Source of the DNA: Eledone cirrhosa
Taxonomy: Eukaryota
DNA: 64,000 nt
Direction: 5' to 3'
Assembly: GCA_964016885.1 (NCBI GenBank)
Contig: OZ024760.1
Location: forward strand, 10,106,001-10,170,000
The notes beneath the pieces were generated by a model that saw only the letters and a list, made by a program, of their open reading frames with translations, had not been told where the DNA came from and searched no databases. Shown piece after piece: positions 54,032 to 64,000 of the stretch (position 1 is its first letter; each line of letters opens with the position of its first letter). Position numbers and translations under genes: made by a program.

Positions 54032-57000
54032 ACCTGTAATAATATCTACCTGTAAGTCATCTAATATAGTTCTTACCTGTAATAATATCTACCTGTAATA
54101 ATATCTACCTGTAGGTCATCTAATATACTTCTTACCTGTAATAATATCTACCTGTAGGTCATCTAATATACTTCTTACCTGTAATAATATCTACCTGTAA
54201 GTCATCTAATATACTTCTTACCTGTAATAATATCTACCTGTAAGTCATCTAATATACTTCTTACCTGTAATAATATCTACCTGTAGGTCATATAATATAC
54301 TTCTTACCTGTAATAATATCTACCTGTAAGTCATCTAATATTGTTCTTACCTGTAATAATATCTACCTGTAGGTCATCTAATATAGTTCTTACCTGTAAT
54401 AATATCTACCTGTAAGTCATCTAATATAGTCCTCACCTGTAATATCTACCTGTAGGTCATCTAATATAGTTCTCACCTGTAATAATATCTACCTGTAAGT
54501 CATCTAATATAGTTCTCACCTGTAATAATATCTACCTGTAAGTCATCTAATATAGTTCTTACCTGTAATAATATCTACCTGTAGGTCATCTAATATAGTC
54601 CTCACCTGTAATAATATCTACCTGTAAGTCATCTAATATAGTTCTCACCTGTAATAATATCTACCTGTAAGTCATCTAATATAGTTCTTACCTGTAATAA
54701 TATCTACCTGTAGGTCATCTAATATAGTCCTCACCTGTAATAATATCTACCTGTAAGTCATCTAATATAGTTCTTACCTGTAATAATATCTACCTGTAAG
54801 TCATCTAATATAGTTCTTACCTGTAATAATATCTACCTGTAGGTCATCTAATATAGTTCTTACCTGTAATAATATCTACCTGTAGGTCATCTAATATAGT
54901 CCTCACCTGTAATAATATCTACCTGTAAGTCATCTAATATAGTTCTTACCTGTAATAATATCTACCTGTAAGTCATCTAATATTGTTCTTACCTGTAATA
55001 ATATCTACCTGTAAGTCATCTAATATTGTTCTTACCTGTAATAATATCTACCTGTAAGTCATCTAATATTGTTCTTACCTGTAATATCTACCTGTAAGTC
55101 ATCTAATATACTTCTTACCTGTAATATCTACCTGTAAGTCATCTAATATAGTTCTTACCTGTAATAATATCTACCTGTAAGTCATCTAATATTGTTCTTA
55201 CCTGTAATAATATCTACCTGTAAGTCATCTAATATTGTTCTTACCTGTAATAATATCTACCTGTAAGTCATCTAATATAGTTCTCACCTGTAATAATATC
55301 TACCTGTAAGTCATCTAATATTGTTCTTACCTGTAATAATATCTACCTGTAAGTCATCTAATATAGTTCTCACCTGTAATAATATCTACCTGTAAGTCAT
55401 CTAATATTGTTCTTACCTGTAATAATATCTACCTGTAAGTCATCTAATATAGTTCTTACCTGTAATATCTACCTGTAAGTCATCTAATATAGTTCTTACC
55501 TGTAATAATATCTACCTGTAAGTCATCTAATATTGTTCTTACCTGTAATAATATCTACCTGTAAGTCATCTAATATTGTTCTTACCTGTAATAATATCTA
55601 CCTGTAAGTCATCTAATATAGTTCTTACCTGTAATAATATCTACCTGTAAGTCATCTAATATAGTTCTTACCTGTAATAATATCTACCTGTAAGTCATCT
55701 AATATAGTTCTTACCTGTAATAATATCTACCTGTAAGTCATCTAATATAGTTCTTACCTGTAATAATATCTACCTGTAAGTCATCTAATATAGTTCTTAC
55801 CTGTAATAATATCTACCTGTAGGTCATCTAATATAGTTCTTACCTGTAATAATATCTACCTGTAATTCATCTAATATAGTTCTTACCTGTAATAATATTT
55901 ACCTGTAAGTCATCTAATATAGTTCTCACCTGTAATAATATCTACCTGTAAGTCATCTAATATAGTTCTTACCTGTAATAATATCTACCTGTAAGTTATC
56001 TAATATTGTTCTTACCTGTAATATCTACCTGTAAGTCATCTAATATAGTTCTTACCTGTAATATCTACCTGTAAGTCATCTAATATAGTTCTTACCTGTA
56101 ATAATATCTACCTGTAAGTCATCTAATATAGTTCTTACCTGTAATATCTACCTGTAAGTCATCTAATATAGTTCTTACCTGTAATATCTACCTGTAAGTC
56201 ATCTAATATAGTTCTCACCTGTAATAATATCTACCTGTAAGTCATCTAATATTGTTCTTACCTGTAATAATATCTACCTGTAAGTCATCTAATATAGTTC
56301 TCACCTGTAATAATATCTACCTGTAAGTCATCTAATATTGTTCTTACCTGTAATAATATCTACCTGTAAGTCATCTAATATAGTTCTCACCTGTAATAAT
56401 ATCTACCTGTAAGTCATCTAATATTGTTCTTACCTGTAATATCTACCTGTAAGTCATCTAATATAGTTCTTACCTGTAATATCTACCTGTAAGTCATCTA
56501 ATATTGTTCTTACCTGTAATAATATCTACCTGTAAGTCATCTAATATAGTTCTCACCTGTAATAATATCTACCTGTAAGTCATCTAATATTGTTCTTACC
56601 TGTAATAATATCTACCTGTAAGTCATCTAATATAGTCCTCACCTGTAATAATATCTACCTGTAAGTCATCTAATATAGTCCTCACCTGTAATAATATCTA
56701 CCTGTAAGTCATCTAATATAGTTCTCACCTGTAATAATATCTACCTGTAAGTCATCTAATATTGTTCTTACCTGTAATATCTACCTGTAAGTCATCTAAT
56801 ATAGTTCTTACCTGTAATATCTACCTGTAAGTCATCTAATATAGTTCTTACCTGTAATATCTACCTGTAAGTCATCTAATATAGTTCTCACCTGTAATAA
56901 TATCTACCTGTAAGTCATCTAATATTGTTCTTACCTGTAATATCTACCTGTAAGTCATCTAATATAGTTCTTACCTGTAATATCTACCTGTAAGTCATCT

Positions 57001-57169
57001 AATATTGTTCTTACCTGTAATATCTACCTGTAAGTCATCTAATATAGTTCTCACCTGTAATATCTACCTGTAAGTCATCTAATATAGTTCTCACCTGTAA
57101 TATCTACCTGTAAGTCATCTAATATAGTTCTCACCTGTAATATCTACCTGTAGGTCATCTAATATAGTT
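54032..57169. repeat. 43/40-bp tandem repeat, ~75 copies
   Basis: cttacctgtaat(aat)atctacctgtaagtcatctaatatagtt. Confidence 0.97.
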
Positions 57170-58005
57170 ATAGTAAGTATGTGAGTGTATGTGTGTATGT
57201 GTGTCTGTGGTTATGTGTGTGTGTGTGTGCGTGTGTTTCTGCGTATGTATGTGTGTCTTTGTGTGTATGCCTGTGTCTGTGTGTGTGTCTTTGTGTGTAT
57301 ATGCCTGTGTGTGTGTATTTGTATGCCTGTGTGTGTATGTGTGTGTGTATATGCCTGTATGTGAGTGTATGTGTATGCCTGTGTGTGTGTGTGTATGTGT
57401 GTGTGTGTCTTTGTGTATATATGCCTGTGTGTGTATGTGTATGCCTGTGTGTGTGTGTGTCTTTGTGTGTATATGCCTGTGTGTATGTGTGTGTGTGTGT
57501 ATGCCTGTGTGAGTGTGTGTGTATGCCTGTGTGTGTGTGTGTCTTTGTGTGTATATGCCTGTGTGTGTGTGTATATGTGTGTGTGTATGCCTGTGTGTGT
57601 GTATGTGTATGCCTGTGTGTGTGTGTGCGTATATGAGTGTGTATGTCTGTGGTTCTGTGTGTGTGTATGTGTGTGGGTGAGTCGAACCCCCTAACCACTA
57701 AGCCACGCGCCTTCACGGCAAACCCCGCTCTTTCCTAGCTGTTCTCTACTGTCACATAATTTACATAACTGTTTCATTTAAAGAAGAATGTGATCCGACC
57801 GGGGTTATCGTTCTTTGACCTTTTGTCCCGAACTTGTCGCCTGCTCTGATATCTTTCACTAATTATAGCTTCTGTAGTTTATTTTCATGTTAATGTGAGT
57901 TGGGGGTGTATGTATGTGTTCATTTACAGACCTATAGTGGTATGTGTATGTTTCTGTGTCTGCGCATACGTGTGGCGGTGCTGGCGTGTGTGTGTTTATG
58001 AACAC

Positions 58006-58046
<41 letters not shown>

Positions 58047-58116
58047 ATCTATATATCTATTTATAAAAGTTCGTAACTGTTATTTATAGAATGGGATGAT
58101 TGTACATGATGATTGC

Positions 58117-58151
<35 letters not shown>

Positions 58152-58246
58152 GTATATATATAAGCATATATATACATATATATACATATGTATATATATA
58201 TATATATATATATATGTCTATATATAAGTGTATGTATATATATGTG

Positions 58247-58277
<31 letters not shown>

Positions 58278-58534
58278 GTGTATACACGTAAATATGTATG
58301 TGTGTGTGTGTGAGTAAATCTATAAATCACAGAGGGAGTGTGTGTGTGAGAGGAAAATATGTGCGCGTGAGTGTGTGAGAGAGAGTATATGTGAGTAAGT
58401 ATGTGAGAGTGTGTTTGTGTGAGTGTGAGAGAGTGCATGTGTATGTCTGTATGTGTGTATGTGTCCGAGGGACAAAAAGAACAACTATGAGAGAAAGGTG
58501 GGAGAACAATTGTTAAAAGTAGACAATATATAAA

Positions 58535-59334
58535 ATGGACTCTACCAGTAGCGAGAGACTTGATATATAATGGACTCTTCCTGTAGTGAGACACGTGAGA
58601 TATATTGGACCCTTTTTGTAGTGAGAGACGTGAAATATAATGGACTCTTCCTGTAGTGAGAGACGTGAGATATAATGAACTCTTCCTGTAGTGAGAGACG
58701 TGAGATATATTGGGCTCTTCCTGTAGTGAGAGACGTGAGATATAATGAACTCTTCCTGTAGTGAGAGACGTGAGATATATTGGGCTCTTCCTGTAGTGAG
58801 AGACGTGAGATATATTGGACCCTTTTTGTAGTGAGAGACGTGAGATATATTGGACCCTTTTTGTAGTGAGACGTGATATAATGGACTCTTCCTGTAGTGA
58901 GACGTGAGATATATTGGACCTTTCCTGTAGTGAAAGACGTGAGATATAATCTACCCTTCCTGCAGTGAGTGACGTGAGATATATTGGACCTTTCCTGTAG
59001 TGAGAGACGTGAGATATAATGAACTCTTCCTATAGTGAGAGACGTGAGATATATTGGACCTTTCCTGTAGTGAGAGACGTGAGATATATTGGACCTTTCC
59101 TGTAGTGAAAGACGTGAGATATATTGGACCCTTTTTGTAGTGAGAGACGTGAGATATAATGGACTCTTCCTGTAGTGAGAGACGTGAGATATATTGGACC
59201 CTTTTTGTAGTGAGAGACGTGAGATATAATTAACTCTTCCTGTAGTGAGAGACGTGAGATATATTGGTCCTTTCCTGTAGTGAGAGACGTGAGATATAAT
59301 GGACCCTTCCAGTAGTAAAAGACGTGAGATATAA
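58535..59334. repeat. ~35-bp tandem repeat, interrupted at its end by a SINE
   Basis: gtgagatatattggacctttcctgtagtgagagac. Confidence 0.93.
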
Positions 59335-59516
59335 TTGTTTCTACTTTAGGCACAAGGCCAGCAATTACCCAGTGCATTACTGGTACTTTATTTTATCGAC
59401 CCCGTAAGGATGAAAGGCAAAGTCAACCTCGGCGGGATTTGAACTCAGATCGTAAAGGGACGTAACTATGCTGGAAAGCATAGCGTCCGACCCTCTACCG
59501 ATACTGCTAATCCACC
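59332..59516 (-). mobile_element. tRNA-derived SINE with TSD tgagatataat
   Basis: Family match, inserted in the 35-bp array. Confidence 0.88.
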
Positions 59517-60060
59517 TGAGATATAATGGACTCTGTTTAGATTGTTAAAGCACATCGTAAAACCTTTCAGTAAAACATGTCTTCCGGTGAGGTACACCTT
59601 AATTCATTATTTTTTATTCATTATTTGAAATTCTTAAGGCTGCACATTTAGCGATCTCTGTATTGGCTAGAGCCCGCCTGGTTAACTCAACCATAAGGGA
59701 GTTTCGGATAAAATAGTAGGGAGATAGTGTGTTACTGGTACTTTATTTTATAGACCCCGTAAGTTTGGGATTTGAACTTAGAGCGTAAAGGGCCGTAATT
59801 CTATGCCGCAGAGCATGTTGTTTGATACTCTACCGATTATTGCTAATAATGGTTTCTCACTTAGGCTCAAGGCCAACAATTTTGGGAAAAGGGAAAAGTC
59901 GATTAAATCGATTCCAGTGTATAAGGATGAAAGGCAAAGTTAACCTCGGCGGGATTTGAACTCAGAACGTAAAGGGACGTAAGTACATGCCGCAAAGCAT
60001 GTTATCCGACGCTCTACTGATTAGTGACAATCCCTTATTATACCCTCTTCCTTCACCACC

Positions 60061-60548
60061 ATTGACACAGTCAATGACACTAGGAAAGTGACTTGACACT
60101 AGGAAAGTGACTTGACACAGTCAATGGCACTAGGAAGTGACTTGACACTGTCAATGACACTAGGAAGTGACTTGACACTGTCAATGACACTAGGAAGTGA
60201 CTTGACACTGTCAATGACACTAGGAAATGACTTGACACAGTCAATGACACTAGGAAATGACTTGACACAGTCAATGACACTAGGAAGTGACTTGACACAG
60301 TCAATGACACTAGGAAGTGACTTGACACAGTCAATGACACTAGGAAATGACTTGACACAGTCAATGGCACAAGGAAATGACTAGACACAGCCAATGACAC
60401 TAGGAAGTGACCTGACACAGTTAATGACACTAGGAAGTGACTTGACACTGTCAATGACACTGTTAATGACACTAGGAAGTGACTTGACACTGTCAATGAC
60501 ACTGTTAATGACACTAGGAAGTGACTTGACACTGTTAATGACACTAGG
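60061..60548. repeat. 30-bp tandem repeat with internal palindrome
   Basis: gacactaggaagtgac-ttgac-aca-gtcaa-t. Confidence 0.93.
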
Positions 60549-61031
60549 ACACCTGTTGAACCTTCCTGTCATTTCATACATCATCATCTACACACTTTTC
60601 ACATGGACATCACAACTGATAAATTCTTTCTTTCTTCTTCTCCTTCTTCTCCTTCTTCTCCTTCTTCTCCTTCTTCTCCTTCTTCTTCTTGTGTCCGTGG
60701 TGGTGGTGGCGATGTCAGTAGTAGAGGTGGTGGTGGTGGCGGTGTCAGTAGTAGAGGTGGTGGTGGTGGTGGTGGTCTGTCCGTCATTAGTACCACATTG
60801 TTTTCTCTAAACAGCCAACCTGACTGCATAACTTCCGCTCATTTTCGCCTTCCTTCACCTCTCTCTCTCTCCCTCTCTCTCTATGTGTGTGCGTTTGTCT
60901 GCCTGAGCGAGTGTGTTTGTGTATCTGTGTGTTTGTCTGTCTGTGTGTGTTCTTGTGTGTCTGAAGAGTGTATTGGAGGGCGTATCTTATACCGGAAGAG
61001 TAGTAGTAGCAGCAGCAGTAATAGTAACATT

Positions 61032-61076
<45 letters not shown>

Positions 61077-61781
61077 ATGTGTTTGTGTAACAGATTAACA
61101 CCAAAATGAAGAGGCACTAAAGAGATAGTCATTGAGGAGGTCACAGAATGTGTGACGAAAGATCTTTAATGAACTAACAAATGACCAGTTCTAAAGATAA
61201 TGTAAAAATCGTATGGTGTGTGTATTTCTTTTTATTGGCAATACTGGCAACATGACGACCCCCCCCCCCCCACACACACACACACACACTTTTACTGTAG
61301 ACAGGTTTAACATACATTAACCTTAACTATCTGAGTAAGAGACTTTATTTCACGTTGTTGGCTCCAGAAATAAGTTATGGTGTCACTGGTGCCAAGCTGT
61401 CCTTTACATTTATTGGTGTAAGGTGAGAAAGAGAAATAAAATCGATCAACCAGATCCCAGACATCATTCGATTAATGAGTGGAACATCGTCAAATCGGAC
61501 CAATGTTTCCTCTGGACTTTCCAATTGCTCATACTATCTACTGGTCGCAACTCCTGCCAGAAAGAGCAATGTGAAATAAAGTGTCTTCCTCAAAGACATA
61601 ACATGTCGTCCGGTCCGGAAATCTATCTCACGACCTCACGATTGCAAAACCAATTCCTTAACCCCTCAGCCATACGCATCCACTGTGTAAGATAGAACTT
61701 CTTATTTGTGTGAATATTATGTGTGTTTGGCTAGCATAGCGACATATTGAGTTGAGGGGGAGGAAAGGTAAAGAAGGAAAT

Positions 61782-61972
61782 AATTGTTTCTAGTTTTGGC
61801 ACAAGGCCAGCAATTACCCAGTGTATTACTGGTACTTTATTTTATCAACCCCATAAGGATGAAAGGCAAAGTTAACCTCGGCGGGATTTGAACTCAGAAT
61901 GGCAAGGGCCGTAACTCTATACGTCAAAGCATGGCGTCCGACCCTCTACCGTTACTGCCAATCCACCGCCCT
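61782..61972 (-). mobile_element. tRNA-derived SINE with TSD aggtaaagaaggaaataat
   Basis: Family match with duplicated flank. Confidence 0.88.
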
Positions 61973-62194
61973 AAAGAGGTAAAGAAGGAAATAATAGGAT
62001 GTGAAAGGCAACAGAAGAGTATAAAGATGTTTATTAGATCTGAGTAGATGCGTGTACATATAAAGCGAATAGGTGGTATATTGAGAGACATTATGGGCGA
62101 GAGTGATATAATAACGCATGAGGGAACTGATAAGGTATTGCCCATCTTTCTGTGCAAGCTGTAGGTCTAGGGAATGGTGATTCCAGGACGAGAG

Positions 62195-62510
62195 GAAATA
62201 TTTTTTTTAAGGTGTAAACAGTACTTGAGAATCTATCTTTTATCTTTTGGAGTTGAGGTATCAGATGGTTTTCAATCCTGGAGTATACTGATTTTTCAAT
62301 GCTTCATAGCCCACATCTTTTAGGTCCGTTGATATATGAACTGGGCCTTTCTGTATTTTCCATTTTATTTTATTTGGTATATCTCTGTCTTTTAATTCCC
62401 ATACATGTTTCGCCAGGATAGTCGTAAATTTCTTTTCGGGTTGCCTAAATGTGGAAATATGCAAGTAAAATATTGGCTTAATAAAAGAAAATCTGGCGTC
62501 CATTACCAAG
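62195..62510 (-). pseudogene. Penelope-like GIY-YIG endonuclease relic
   Basis: STFRQPEKKFTTILAKHVWELKDRDIPNKIKWKI, then frameshifted. Confidence 0.7.
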
Positions 62511-63633
62511 TTAATGTAATCGATAACGAAAAAATAAGATGGCTTCCATTAACTGCTTGATTCTAACTTATCAACAAACCACATTTTATCCACAGTGAAA
62601 AGAATGTTATTACGGAATGAAAGATTCTGGAATCTAAATTTCTGTAGTGTTGAATGGTATGTAATGTTAAGAATACGTTGTGTGTAGGTGTGTGGATAGG
62701 TGTATGTATGTGTAGGTGTGTGGATAGGTGTATGTATGTGTGTGTGTAGGTGTGTGTATAGGTGTGTGAATGTGTGAACTTGAGTCTTCCTTTGTGTAAA
62801 TATGTGAATGTGTGTGTATCTGTGTGAGGGGGGTATGTGTCCGTGTGTGCATTTGTATGTGTATGTATATGTGTGCATGTGTGTGTAGGTATGTGCGTAT
62901 GTGCATACATGTGTGTGAGTGCGTGTGTGTATGTGTGTGTGTGTGTGTGGATATGTGTGTGTAAATAAATGTATGTGTGCGCGTATGTGTATATGCATGC
63001 ATGTGTGTGTGTGTGTGTATACATATTAAAGGTTATAGTTTAATAAACTCAAACTTTTTCCTTCTTTCATTCAAATTAAATCTACGTTCCTCTCCATACA
63101 CATACACACCTACACTCACGTACACATATATATACCATACACATATTCACACATGAATTTCACTACGCATACTTACACTCACGCATACACATACATATAC
63201 CATACACATATTCACACATGAATTTCACTACGCATACTTACACTCACGCATACACATACATATATCATGCACATATTCTCACACGTATTTCACTACGAAC
63301 ACCCACAAAACTTTAAATTTTAACATCTTTTTCATAGATTTAAATTAAATCTGCCAACCAAACAACAACACGGAGTCCTCTTTTGAGAATGGAGTTTAAA
63401 TCGGAAAATATTTGAGATCAATAAAATTGCGAAGGTAAAATTCTACAGTTCCCACTCTTTTCTCAGTCTTTTATTCTCTTTAACTCTATATATTCTCTAT
63501 ATTACCTTGACACTTTTAATTTTACATGCATTGTCGGGCTTCCAAATATTTAAACTTATTTAAATTTGTATTTCTTATTCCACAATGCTTTAAGCAAACT
63601 ACAGCATTTATATATATATATATATATATATAT

Positions 63634-63769
63634 AATAGGAAAATATTTGACCCCGACTCAAGCCGTTTCGACGGCTTGAGCTGGACTCCGACGGCTATTT
63701 CTAAGTCCAGAAATAGCCGTCGAAACGGCTTGATCTCTGCCGTCTAGGGTCAAACCTTTTCCTATTACC
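63634..63769. mobile_element. Family P palindromic element, rearranged
   Basis: ctcaagccgtttcgacggc..agaaatagccgtcgaaacggcttga within (TA)n. Confidence 0.65.
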
Positions 63770-63802
<33 letters not shown>

Positions 63803-63843
63803 CAATGAAATTAAACACAAAACTGTTAATTCATAGTAAAACT

Positions 63844-63980
63844 CATTATTTTACGACCGTTTCTGGGGGGTAGTTCTCTGTATGTTCGTTCAATTATTGT
63901 CTATGTAAAATATATTACAAAATATCATAGTAAGAAAAAAATACATACGTCTTCACTACTCGCCGTCTTCAGAAATAATG
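63844..63980 (-). ncRNA. Type I hammerhead ribozyme with ~100-nt stem II region
   Basis: cattattt-CTGAAGA-cggcgagtagt..actacccccca-GAAA-cggtcg-TA-aaataatg. Stem I is a perfect 8 bp. Confidence 0.75.
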
Positions 63981-64000
63981 GGAACTAAACCCCCCCCCCC

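Overview
AT-rich, microsatellite-dense metazoan genomic DNA. The SINE and MITE repertoire resembles that of octopod cephalopods (inference). The only clear host gene is the terminal coding exon of a 9-cysteine TGF-beta superfamily ligand (myostatin/GDF8-11/activin-like, 23360-24213, +); its upstream exon(s) were not found. The rest is repeat-derived: a near full-length but disrupted Tx1/L1-clade LINE (~26995-32791), an internally deleted relative (46055-48130, -), Penelope-like (GIY-YIG/RT) relics, RTE and mariner relics, a piggyBac-type MITE, Helitron-like ends, many tRNA-derived SINEs and at least ten tandem arrays. The most striking signal, which the ORF track does not show, is about 14 type I hammerhead ribozyme motifs (intact or degenerate) from several sequence-unrelated families. 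Most sit in short fold-back elements embedded in (TA)n tracts. Two elements carry one hammerhead on each strand, two hammerheads lie downstream of Penelope GIY-YIG relics, and several families share a TACTC...GAGT(G/A)C tail about 45-65 nt from the (TA)n junction. All folds were paired by eye and none has been computed or tested.
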